This document shows, one piece after another, positions 47,951-56,515 of a stretch of 64,000 nucleotides of DNA. Each line of letters starts with the position of its first letter. The stretch's first letter is position 1. Source of the DNA: Gammaproteobacteria bacterium (GTDB lineage: Bacteria; Pseudomonadota; Gammaproteobacteria; Steroidobacterales; Rariloculaceae); assembly GCA_036563665.1 (NCBI GenBank), contig DATCLY010000093.1, positions 117,702 to 181,701 of the forward strand, given 5' to 3'. The notes under the pieces were generated by a model. That model searched no databases. It was not told where the DNA came from and worked only from the letters and a program-made list of their open reading frames with translations. The position numbers were made by a program, and so were the translations under genes.

Positions 47951-49483
47951 CTAGTCGGGTTCCCGTCCCTGCTCCCGGCGTTCGCGGGCCCGGCGCACGG
48001 CCTCCTCGATGGCCTTCCTGCCGCTCTCGGGGTCGTGGCGCACGGCTTCCTTGAGGGCCTGGCGGATCTCGGCCTCGCGCCGCTCCGCGTCCGCGCGGCG
48101 CTGCTCGCGCCGCTTCACGCGCGCTTCCGTCTCGGCCGCGAAGCGCTCGCGCTCCTCGTGCAGCGCGTACTCGCGTTTGGCCACGCGAAAGCGCTCCGTG
48201 AGCCGGATCTGGCTCGGGCAGACCACGTCGCAGCAGCCGCATTCGATGCAATCGAAGAGCCCGAGCGCGTCCAGGTCCTCCATGTCGTGCGCCTCGGCGG
48301 CGGACAGGAGCTCCTGGGGCAGGAGGCCGGCCGGGCACGCGGACGCGCAGTCGCCGCAGCGAATGCAGGGCCATTCGTCCTCGTCGGCCCGCACCTCGTC
48401 CGCGCCGGCGGCGAAGATGCAGTTCACCGCCTTGGTCACGGGCAGATCATCGTCCGGCACGGCGTAGCCCATCATGCTGCCGCCGACCACGAGCCGCGCC
48501 ACGTCGTCGGTGTAGCCGCCGCAGAGCGCCACGAGCTCCGCGAACGGCGTGCCGAGCGGCGCGAGCACGTTCTGCGGCTGCCGCACGCCCTTGCCCGTCA
48601 CGGTGACCACTCGGGCGATCAGCGGCTCCCCGGCGTCGAGCCAGCGGGCGAGCGCGTACGCGGTCCCCACGTTCTGGCACACGTAGCCGATGTCGATGGG
48701 GTAGCCGCCGCTCGGCACCTCCTCGCCGGTCAGGAGCTCGATGAGCTGCCGCTCGCCGCCGGCGGGGTAGACCGTGCGCACTTCCGCGAGCCGCAGCCGC
48801 GGATCGCCCACGGCGCGCGCGGCCGCGGCCAGGGCCTCGATGGCGCGAGGCTTGTCGCGCTCGACGGCCATGATGCAGAGCGGCGCGCCGAGCAGGTCGG
48901 CCATGGCGAGCGCGCCGGCGACGATCTCCGGGGCCGCCTCGCGCATGAGCATGTCGTCGCAGCTGATGTAGGGCTCGCACTCCGCGCCGTTCACGATGAG
49001 CGCCTTGCACTCGCCGCTCACGGCGAGCTTGTCGGCCGTGGGGAACACGGCGCCGCCGAGCCCCGCGAGGCCGCCGTCGCGCAGCACGCGGAGGCGCTCC
49101 TCCCGCGTCGCCGGCCAGCCCGGCGGCGCGAGGTCGGCCGGCTGGTCGAGGCCGTCCGCCTCGACCACCACGCAGAGCGACCGTTCGAGCCCTTTGCCTC
49201 CCGGCACCGTCCGTTCCTCGATGGCGCGCACGCGCCCCGACGTCGACGCGTGCACGGCGGCGGACGGCGGCGACCCGGGCGCCGCCACGAGCTGCCCCTT
49301 CCGCACCTCGTCGCCCACGGCGACCACGGGCACGGCGGGGGAGCCGCGGTGCTGCTTCAACGCGAGCACCACCTGTCTGGGCACGAAGCCGCGGCGAATG
49401 CCGGTGGCGGTGGATTGCGTCTTGTTCGCGAGCAGGCGGATGCCGCCCGTCAGCTTGCGTTCGAGGGTGTACTCAAGCTCCAC
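47951..49483 (-). CDS. rnfC: Rnf/Rsx complex subunit C
   Basis: It has an N-terminal GGI...NK..S motif and two ferredoxin-type clusters (CIRCGDCASACP, CIECGCCDVVCP). The start is set at GTG 49483, overlapping the rnfB 3' end. Confidence 0.85.
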   Translation of the reverse strand: MELEYTLERKLTGGIRLLANKTQSTATGIRRGFVPRQVVLALKQHRGSPAVPVVAVGDEVRKGQLVAAPGSPPSAAVHASTSGRVRAIEERTVPGGKGLERSLCVVVEADGLDQPADLAPPGWPATREERLRVLRDGGLAGLGGAVFPTADKLAVSGECKALIVNGAECEPYISCDDMLMREAAPEIVAGALAMADLLGAPLCIMAVERDKPRAIEALAAAARAVGDPRLRLAEVRTVYPAGGERQLIELLTGEEVPSGGYPIDIGYVCQNVGTAYALARWLDAGEPLIARVVTVTGKGVRQPQNVLAPLGTPFAELVALCGGYTDDVARLVVGGSMMGYAVPDDDLPVTKAVNCIFAAGADEVRADEDEWPCIRCGDCASACPAGLLPQELLSAAEAHDMEDLDALGLFDCIECGCCDVVCPSQIRLTERFRVAKREYALHEERERFAAETEARVKRREQRRADAERREAEIRQALKEAVRHDPESGRKAIEEAVRRARERREQGREPD

Positions 49484-49970
49484 GCGGCACCATCGAGATG
49501 CAGTCCACCGGGCAAGGCGGCAGGCAGAGCTCGCACCCCGTGCAGTACGCACGGATCACGCCGTGCAGCGCCTGCGGAATGCCCACGATCGCGTCCACGG
49601 GGCACGCCCGAGCGCACAGGTTGCAGCCGATGCAGGCGTCCTCGTCGATCTCGGCGACGCGCTCGAGGCTCGCGGTGCCGCGGCTCGTGTCGAGGGGCAG
49701 CGGCTCGCGGCCGAGCAGCTCGGCGAGGCGCCGCACCGTCTGCTCGCCGCCCGGCGGGCACAGGTTGATGTCGGCCGCGCCGCTCGCGACCGCGGCCGCG
49801 TACGGCCGGCAGCCCGGGTAGCCGCATTGCGCGCACTGGATGCGCGGCAGCAGGCGCTCGATGCGCTCGGTGAGCTCGTCCCCGCGCCGCGGCAGCAGCC
49901 GCTCGGCGGACACGAGGAGCGCGGCCAGCGCGACAGCGAGCCCTCCGAGGATGACGGCCGCGGACAACAT
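49473..49970 (-). CDS. rnfB: Rnf/Rsx complex subunit B
   Basis: It has an N-terminal anchor, a CAQCGYPGC cluster, and 2x[4Fe-4S] motifs (CIGCNLCARACP, CTGCELCLPPCP). Confidence 0.9.
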   Translation of the reverse strand: MLSAAVILGGLAVALAALLVSAERLLPRRGDELTERIERLLPRIQCAQCGYPGCRPYAAAVASGAADINLCPPGGEQTVRRLAELLGREPLPLDTSRGTASLERVAEIDEDACIGCNLCARACPVDAIVGIPQALHGVIRAYCTGCELCLPPCPVDCISMVPRGA

Positions 49971-50551
49971 CAGAGCCGCGCGAAGCCCGCGAACCCGAGG
50001 AAGGCGAGCGACATGATCCCCGCGGTCACGAGTGCGATGGCGCTGCCGCGGAACGGCCGCGGCACGTCCGCGCGGTCCACGCGCCGCCGCAGCCCCGCGA
50101 GCAGCACGAGCACGAGCGCGAAGCCGAGCGCGGCGCCCGCGCCGTAGAAGAGCGCCGCCACGAAGCTGCGGCTCGCGGCCGAGTTGAGCAGCGCCACGCC
50201 GAGCACCGCGCAGTTGCTCGCGATGAGCGGGATGTAGAGGCCGAGCAGCCGGTGCAGCAGCGGCGAGAACCGCCGGATCACGAGCTCGGTGAGCTGCACG
50301 GCCCCGCCGATGATGAGGATGAACGCGACGAGCTTGAGGTACTCGAGCTCGAAGGGCGCGAGCAGGAAGCGCTCCGCGAGATAGGCGAGGCCCGAGGCGG
50401 TGGTGAGCACGAGCCCGGTGGCGAGCCCCATCCCAACCGCGCCCTCCACGCGGCGCGACGCGCCCATGAACGGGCAGAGGCCGAGGAACTGCACGAGCAC
50501 GAAGTTGTTGACGAGCGCAGCTCCGATGACGATGAGCATGAGCTCGGTCAC
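49970..50551 (-). CDS. rnfA: Rnf/Rsx complex subunit A (start GTG 50551 or ATG 50539)
   Basis: The motifs LVNNFVLVQFLGLCPFMG and LGLYIPLIASNCAVLG are typical of RnfA. The stop overlaps the rnfB start (ATGA). Confidence 0.9.
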   Translation of the reverse strand: MTELMLIVIGAALVNNFVLVQFLGLCPFMGASRRVEGAVGMGLATGLVLTTASGLAYLAERFLLAPFELEYLKLVAFILIIGGAVQLTELVIRRFSPLLHRLLGLYIPLIASNCAVLGVALLNSAASRSFVAALFYGAGAALGFALVLVLLAGLRRRVDRADVPRPFRGSAIALVTAGIMSLAFLGFAGFARL

Positions 50552-50553
50552 GG

Positions 50554-52599
50554 TCAGCTCACCTTCATGCCGGGCTCGGCGCCTTCGTCCGGCGCGAGCA
50601 GGAACGGGGGACCGTCGGCGTGGCTCGCGGCGAGGATCATGCCCTCCGATACGCCGAAGCGCATCTTGCGGGGCTCGAGGTTCGCCACGAGCACCACGAG
50701 CCGGCCGACGAGGCGGTCGGGCTCGTAGGCCTTGCGGATGCCGGCGAACACGGTGCGCTTCTCCGTGCCGACGTCGAGCTCGAGCTTGAGCAGCTTGTCC
50801 GCGCCCTCGACATAGGACGCCTGCAGCACGCGCGCCACCCGCAGGTCCACCTTCTGGACCTGCGCGAGATCGATGGTCGCGGGCGCTTCGGGCTTCGCCG
50901 GCGCCGCGGGTTTCGCCGAGGCCGCGGGTTTCGCCTGGGCGCGCGCGTTCGCCTCGTGCGCTTCGCCCGACTCCGTGATGATCGCGTCCACGGCGCGCTG
51001 CTCCACGCGCTCGAGCAGGTTCTCGTAGCGGTTGATCGCGCGGCCGAGCAGCGGCTGCTCGACGTCTTCCCACGCGAGCGGACCGGCACCCAGGAAGCGC
51101 TCCGCGCGCTCCGTCACCGCGGGCAGCACGGGCTTCAAGTACACCATGAGCGTGCGGAACAGGTTCAGCCCGAGCGTGCAGACGGCGACCACCTCGGCGT
51201 GGCGCCCGGGCTCCTTGGCCGCGATCCACGGCTTGTGGTCGTCGATGTAGCGGTTCGCACGGTCCGCGAGCGCCATCACGCGGCGGATGGCGCGCGCGTA
51301 GTTGCGCTGCTCGTAGGCTTCCGCGATCTCCTCGGCGGCGGCCGCCGCCTCGCGGAACAACGCCTCGTCGTGCAGCGAGTCCGCGAGCCGCCCACCGGCC
51401 AGCCGGTGCACGAAACCCGCGCAGCGGCTCGCGATGTTCACCACCTTGCCCACGAGGTCGGAGTTCACCTTCGCCACGAAGTCGGGGAAGCTCAGGTCGA
51501 TGTCCTCGGTGCCCGGACCGAGCTTCGACGCGAAGTAGTAGCGCAGGTAATCCGGATCCACGTGCTTCGCGAACGTGCCCGCCGTGATGAAGGTGCCGCG
51601 GCGCTTCGACATCTTCTGTCCGTCCACCGTGAGGAAGCCGTGCACGAAGATGCCGGACGGCGTGCGGTAGCGGGCGCCCATCAGCATGGCCGGCCAGAAC
51701 AGCGAGTGGAAGTACACGATGTCCTTGCCGATGAAGTGGTAGAGCTCGGCCTTGGCGTCCGGGCCCCAGTAGTCGTCGAAATCGAGGCCCTTGCGCCGGC
51801 ACAGGCTCAACGTGCTCGACATGTAGCCGATGAGGGCGTCGAACCAGACGTAGAAGTATTTGCCCGGCTCCCCCGGGATCTCGAAGCCGAAGTACGGCGC
51901 GTCGCGGGAGATGTCCCATTCCTGCAGGCCCGCCTCGAACCAGTCCTGAAGCTTCCTCGCCTGGGATTCGTCGACGTGGGCCGGCACCCAGTCCTCGAGC
52001 TGCTTCTGGAACGCGCCCATGCGCAGGAACAGGTGCTCGGACTCGCGCACCGTGGGGCGCGTGCCCGAGACCACGGACACCGGGTCCTTGAGATCGAGCG
52101 GCGAGTAGGTGGAGCTGCAGTTCTCGCAGGAGTCGCCGTACTGGTCCGGCGTGCCGCAGACCGGGCACGTGCCGCGGACGTACCGGTCCGGCAGGAACAT
52201 CGCCTTCTGCTCGTCGTACGCCTGCTTGATCTTCGCCCGCGAGATGTAGCCCGCGTCGCGCAGGCGCGTGTAGAGCTCCGTGGTGAGCTCGCGGTTCTCG
52301 GGCGCGTGCGTGTTGATGTAGCTGTCCACGCTGATGCGGAAGGTGGCGAAGTCGCGCTCGTGCTCCTTCGCCACGCGCTCGAGCAGCGCCTCGGGCGTGA
52401 CGCCCTCCTGCTCGGCCCGCAGCATCGTGGGCGTGCCGTGCGCGTCGCTCGCGCAGCAATAGAGGCAGTCGTGGCCCCGCAGCCGCTGGAAGCGTACCCA
52501 GACGTCCGTCTGCACGTACTCCACGAGGTGGCCGATGTGCAGCGAGTTGTTGGCGTAGGGCAGGGCGCTGGTGACGAGGATTTTTCTGTTCGGGCTCAA
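50554..52599 (-). CDS. metG: Methionyl-tRNA synthetase with C-terminal tRNA-binding (EMAP/Trbp111-like) domain
   Basis: It has the HIGH-type motif YANNSLHIGH, the KMSKS motif (QKMSKRRG) and a Zn knuckle (CPVCG ... CENC). The C-terminal OB domain includes LLKLELDVG. Confidence 0.95.
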   Translation of the reverse strand: MSPNRKILVTSALPYANNSLHIGHLVEYVQTDVWVRFQRLRGHDCLYCCASDAHGTPTMLRAEQEGVTPEALLERVAKEHERDFATFRISVDSYINTHAPENRELTTELYTRLRDAGYISRAKIKQAYDEQKAMFLPDRYVRGTCPVCGTPDQYGDSCENCSSTYSPLDLKDPVSVVSGTRPTVRESEHLFLRMGAFQKQLEDWVPAHVDESQARKLQDWFEAGLQEWDISRDAPYFGFEIPGEPGKYFYVWFDALIGYMSSTLSLCRRKGLDFDDYWGPDAKAELYHFIGKDIVYFHSLFWPAMLMGARYRTPSGIFVHGFLTVDGQKMSKRRGTFITAGTFAKHVDPDYLRYYFASKLGPGTEDIDLSFPDFVAKVNSDLVGKVVNIASRCAGFVHRLAGGRLADSLHDEALFREAAAAAEEIAEAYEQRNYARAIRRVMALADRANRYIDDHKPWIAAKEPGRHAEVVAVCTLGLNLFRTLMVYLKPVLPAVTERAERFLGAGPLAWEDVEQPLLGRAINRYENLLERVEQRAVDAIITESGEAHEANARAQAKPAASAKPAAPAKPEAPATIDLAQVQKVDLRVARVLQASYVEGADKLLKLELDVGTEKRTVFAGIRKAYEPDRLVGRLVVLVANLEPRKMRFGVSEGMILAASHADGPPFLLAPDEGAEPGMKVS

Positions 52600-52740
52600 G
52601 GCGGAAACTCCGCGCCGGTTCCATCCGATCGAGCCGCGGGCTTGAGGGGAAGGAGAGCCCGGCTCGACGCGGCATTATGCCATCAATCGGTCCGCCTCCG
52701 GACCCGCGCCGGGCGTTCGTGGCACGACGATTGCACGACC

Positions 52741-52899
52741 GTGCGCGTGATCCGGAAGCTCAAATCGGGCGGCTATCGCTTGTACTCTCGCAAGGTGAAT
52801 CCGCGCACGGGCAAGCGGCGCAACTTGGGCACCTTCGCCACGCGCGAGGAGGCCGAACGTCACGAGCGCGCGGTGCAGTATTTCAAGCGGCGTCGTTGA
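52741..52899 (+). CDS. Small conserved basic protein (52 aa)
   Basis: From a GTG start it encodes VRVIRKLKSGGYRLYSRKVNPRTGKRRNLGTFATREEAERHERAVQYFKRRR. This corresponds only to the 3' tail of a long off-frame ORF in the track. Confidence 0.5.
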   Translation: MRVIRKLKSGGYRLYSRKVNPRTGKRRNLGTFATREEAERHERAVQYFKRRR

Positions 52900-52906
52900 C
52901 GGCGGG

Positions 52907-53344
52907 ATGGCGAAGCGCAAGGCCAAGGCGGGAGGCGGCGCGCCCCGGGCCAAGCGGGGCGGCCGCGGTCGCGGCCAGGTCGGCCGGCGGGGCGCCGCGG
53001 CGCGCGCCGGATCGCGCTGGTCCGCGGAGGTCACGCGCCGCAGCGACGCGCTCGACCTCGAGCCGGGCGTGTTCACGTGGGACGATCCCAAGCGGATCGC
53101 CGCTTCCCTCAAGCGCTCGGCGGAAGCGAGCGAGCGGCGCAAGGCGCCGCCCTTCCAGTCCGCGATGTCGATGCTCAACCTCTACGTGAACCGCGCCGGC
53201 CGAAACCTGCCGGAGGAGCGACGGCAGGTGCTCGAGCGCGCGAAGGACGAGCTGCGCAAGCTCTTCGGCCGCGAGCCCGCCGGGCGCAGCGGCGGAACCG
53301 CCGCGCGCCGCCGGGGCGCGGGGCGGGCATCCACGGGTCGCTGA
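52907..53344 (+). CDS. DUF3175-like protein with Lys/Arg/Gly-rich N-terminus
   Basis: It has the pattern WS.EVT..SDALDLE.GVF...DP..IA.SLK.SAE.S.RRK..PF.SAMSMLN.Y.NRAG..L. Confidence 0.6.
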   Translation: MAKRKAKAGGGAPRAKRGGRGRGQVGRRGAAARAGSRWSAEVTRRSDALDLEPGVFTWDDPKRIAASLKRSAEASERRKAPPFQSAMSMLNLYVNRAGRNLPEERRQVLERAKDELRKLFGREPAGRSGGTAARRRGAGRASTGR

Positions 53345-53425
53345 CGAGGGCCGCACGGCATTCCGTGCACGGAAGCCGTCGACGGCCGAGGCGCACGCAA
53401 CCCCGGGCAGGAACGACGCTGCGCG

Positions 53426-54196
53426 TCAGCGGCGAAGCTCGGAGAGGAGCGAGCGCGCCGCGCCTCCCAGCAACAGCGTGTCCACGCCCGCGACTACGAG
53501 CGTGTAGCCGCGGTCGACATACGGGCGTACGGCGTCCGCGCTCACGCCGAAATAGCCGAGCGCGACGCCCGCGGCGAGACAGGTTTGGGTGACGTGCTCG
53601 ATGGCCTCGACCACGGCGGGGTGGTCGACGTCGCCCATTCGCCCGAGGCTCGCCGAGAGGTCGTAGGGCCCCACGAGCACGGCGTCGACGCCTGCGACGC
53701 GCACGATGGCCTCGATGTTCTCCACGGCGAGCGCGTGCTCGGCCTGCACGACGACGCAGGTTCGCTCGTTCGCGGCCCGGAGATACTCGTCGAAGCCGAA
53801 TCCATAGCCGTGCGCGCGAGCGAGCCCCACGCCGCGCGCGCCGTCCGGCGCGTAGCGCGCGAAGCGGACGACGGCCGCCGCCTGCTCGGCCGTGTTCACC
53901 TGCGGCACGATGACGCCGGCCGCACCCAGATCGAGCGCCCGCTTGATCGGCAGCTCGGCCGCCTCCGGCACGCGCACGAGGCACGGGACGCGGTCGCCGA
54001 CCGCTTGCAGGATGGCGAGGAGCTCGCGCGTGCCGAGCGGCCCGTGCTCGGCGTCCAGGAACAGCCAGTCGAAGCCCAGGCGGGCTAGGACCTCGGCGAC
54101 GGCGGGCGTGGGCAGCGTGACCATGGTGCCGAAGAGCCGCTCACGGCGGAGCAGCCGCGCTCGAAAGGAGGTGGCGTCGTTCGTCTGGTCGCTCAT
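53426..54196 (-). CDS. HpcH/HpaI-family aldolase
   Basis: It has the TIM-barrel aldolase pattern (GFDWLFLDAEHGP, GVIVPQV.TAE.A, QAE..A.EN...I, DAVLVGPYDLS). Confidence 0.8.
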   Translation of the reverse strand: MSDQTNDATSFRARLLRRERLFGTMVTLPTPAVAEVLARLGFDWLFLDAEHGPLGTRELLAILQAVGDRVPCLVRVPEAAELPIKRALDLGAAGVIVPQVNTAEQAAAVVRFARYAPDGARGVGLARAHGYGFGFDEYLRAANERTCVVVQAEHALAVENIEAIVRVAGVDAVLVGPYDLSASLGRMGDVDHPAVVEAIEHVTQTCLAAGVALGYFGVSADAVRPYVDRGYTLVVAGVDTLLLGGAARSLLSELRR

Positions 54197-54344
54197 CGCT
54201 GCGCTCGCGGATGGTCGGGCTCGGGCACAGTGTAGCCGCCGCTGGCCCGGGGTGAGGCGCGACCGGCGCCCCCGCGTCGGCCGCCCACGCGGCGGACGCC
54301 GTGGGCGCTCGGGCGCCTATCGCACGGAGTGCGCGCGAGCCGGG

Positions 54345-55406
54345 CTAGGTGGCGTCCTTGTACTGCTCGAACTTCGACTTGTCGAAGGCCTGCAGGTAGG
54401 CCTCGCGTCCCGAGATCACGCCCGCGTCGAGCAGGCGCTTCAACGAGCCGTCCATGGTGCACATGCCGGCGTGCGCGCTCGACTGCATGACGTTCTCGAG
54501 CTGCTCGAGCTTGCCCTGGCGGATCAGGTTCGCGGCCGCGGGCGTGTTCATGAGGATCTCGAGCGCCGCCACCCGGCCCGAGCCGTCCTTCTTCTTCACG
54601 AGCTGCTGGGAGATCACGCCGCGCAGCGAGGTGGACAGCATGTTGCGCACGTGGTCCTGCTTGTCGGCGGGGAAGATGTTCACCACGCGGTCGATCGTGG
54701 CGGCGGCGCCGTTCGTGTGCAGCGTGCCCATCACCAGCACGCCCATCTCCGCGGCCGTCATGGCGATGCTCATGGTCTCGAGGTCGCGCAGCTCGCCCAC
54801 GAGGATGACGTCGGGGTCCTCGCGCAACGCCGAGTGCAGGGCGTCCGCGAAGGAGGCGCAGTGCACGCCCACCTCGCGCTGGCTGATGAGGCACATCTTG
54901 CGCTCGTGCACGAACTCGATGGGGTCCTCGATCGTGAGGATGTGCCCTTTGAGCCGGCTGTTGATGGCGTCGATCATCGCCGCGAGCGTGGTGGACTTGC
55001 CGGAGCCCGTCTTGCCCGTCACGAGGATCAGGCCGCGCGTCGCGGTGCTGAGCTCGTGCAGCGCCTTCGGCATCTTGAGCTCCTCGAGCGTCAGCGCCTT
55101 CGAAGGAATGCTGCGGAACACGGCGCCGATGCCGTTCAGATGCCGCAGCACGTTTACGCGGAAGCGGGCGACGTCGGGAATGGTGTAGGCGAAGTCCGCC
55201 GAGTCGTGCCTCTCGAACTGCCGGCGCGACTGCTCGGTCATGATCTCGAACAGCGCGCTCGCGAGCTCCTCCGGGTCGAGCCGGTTGTTGTCGAGCGTGA
55301 TCAGGTCGCCGTGCAGCCGCATGCGGGGCGGGTCGCCGGCGATGACGTGCAGGTCCGACCCCTTGCGGAGGTACATGCTGCGCAGGAAGTCGTCGATCAT
55401 CGACAC
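54345..55406 (-). CDS. PilT-family hexameric ATPase, divergent paralog (second of tandem pair)
   Basis: It has Walker A GKTGSGKST, Walker B DPDVILVGELRD and TIEDPIEF. The His-box region reads AEMGVLVMGTLHT where PilT/PilU have AETGHL..GTLHT. The C-terminal motif is TPAAANLIRQGK rather than AIRNLIRE. Confidence 0.8.
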   Translation of the reverse strand: MSMIDDFLRSMYLRKGSDLHVIAGDPPRMRLHGDLITLDNNRLDPEELASALFEIMTEQSRRQFERHDSADFAYTIPDVARFRVNVLRHLNGIGAVFRSIPSKALTLEELKMPKALHELSTATRGLILVTGKTGSGKSTTLAAMIDAINSRLKGHILTIEDPIEFVHERKMCLISQREVGVHCASFADALHSALREDPDVILVGELRDLETMSIAMTAAEMGVLVMGTLHTNGAAATIDRVVNIFPADKQDHVRNMLSTSLRGVISQQLVKKKDGSGRVAALEILMNTPAAANLIRQGKLEQLENVMQSSAHAGMCTMDGSLKRLLDAGVISGREAYLQAFDKSKFEQYKDAT

Positions 55407-55419
55407 GGCGGCGGCGCCC

Positions 55420-56508
55420 TCAAGCGAGCTCCGCGCTCGGCAGCACCGTGGTGTCCGTGACGAAGCGCTCGAACTTCTTGCGATCGGTCGCGTAGCGATA
55501 GGCGTCGTCCGGGTCCACCAGCCGCGCCGCGATCGCGTCGAGCAGCGCCTGGTCCATCGTTTGCATTCCCTGGTCCTTGCCGGTCTGCAGCTGCGCGTGG
55601 ATCTGGTGCGTCTGCTCGGTCATGATGAGCTTCGCGATCGCGCGGTTCATCACCATGATCTCCACGATGGCGCGGCGGCCGCGGCCGTCCGGCGTCTTCA
55701 CGAGGTTCTGCGTGACCACGGCGTGCAGGCTGTGCGCGAGGAAGCTCTTGGTCTGCTCGCGCTGCTCCGCGGGCAGCGCGTCGATGATGCGGTCCACCGA
55801 CTTCACGGCGCTCGTGGTGTGCAACGTGCCGAGCACGAGGTGGCCGGTTTCCGCGGCCGTCATGGCCATGCTGATGGTCTCGGCGTCGCGCAGCTCGCCC
55901 ACGAGGATCACGTCCGGATCCTCGCGCAGCGCCGCCCGGACGCCCTCCGCGAAGCTCGGGATGTGCGTGCCGAGCTCGCGCTGGATGACCTGGCAGCGCT
56001 TGCTCGGGTGCACGAACTCGATCGGATCCTCGAGGCTGATGATGTTGAGGCTCCGCGTGGTGTTCAGGTGATCGATCATCGCGGCGAGCGTGGTGGACTT
56101 GCCCGTGCCCGTGGACCCGGTGACCAGCACCATGCCCTGATGCAGGTCGCAGAAGCTCTGGATCACCGGCGGCAGGCCGAGCGACTCGAGGCTCGGAATG
56201 TGCATCGGGATGTTGCGGAACGTGGCCCCGATGCCGGTGGCCTTGCGGAACACGTTCACGCGGAAGCGCCCGCCGTCGGAGCTCACGTAGGAGAAGTCGA
56301 GGTCCTTGCCGGAGCGGAACCGCTCGCGCTGTGACTCCGTGAGAATCTCGTCGATGTAGCCCTCGAGCTCCGTGTCGCGCAGATCCCGGAACTTGATGGG
56401 CATGAGGTCGCCGTGCAGCCGCAGCATCGGCGGGATGCCGACGGCGAGGTGGATGTCGGAGCAGCCCTGGGCGAGCCCGAGCTTGAGGAACGCGTCTATG
56501 CGGGCCAT
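55420..56508 (-). CDS. PilT-family hexameric ATPase (first of tandem pair)
   Basis: It has Walker A GSTGTGKST, Walker B DPDVILVGELRD and His box AETGHLVLGTLHT. The C-terminal motif is NRAIAKLIMTEQ in place of AIRNLIRE. It starts 7 nt after the kinase stop. Confidence 0.85.
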   Translation of the reverse strand: MARIDAFLKLGLAQGCSDIHLAVGIPPMLRLHGDLMPIKFRDLRDTELEGYIDEILTESQRERFRSGKDLDFSYVSSDGGRFRVNVFRKATGIGATFRNIPMHIPSLESLGLPPVIQSFCDLHQGMVLVTGSTGTGKSTTLAAMIDHLNTTRSLNIISLEDPIEFVHPSKRCQVIQRELGTHIPSFAEGVRAALREDPDVILVGELRDAETISMAMTAAETGHLVLGTLHTTSAVKSVDRIIDALPAEQREQTKSFLAHSLHAVVTQNLVKTPDGRGRRAIVEIMVMNRAIAKLIMTEQTHQIHAQLQTGKDQGMQTMDQALLDAIAARLVDPDDAYRYATDRKKFERFVTDTTVLPSAELA

Positions 56509-56515
56509 GGCGGCG

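Noticed and set aside
54345-56508. Calling the tandem ATPases simply pilT and pilU.
   Set aside because: Neither carries the PilT AIRNLIRE signature and one has an altered His box. They are co-operonic with a kinase rather than free-standing. Without a phylogeny or the rest of the genome, orthology to pilT/pilU cannot be asserted, so gene symbols were left blank.
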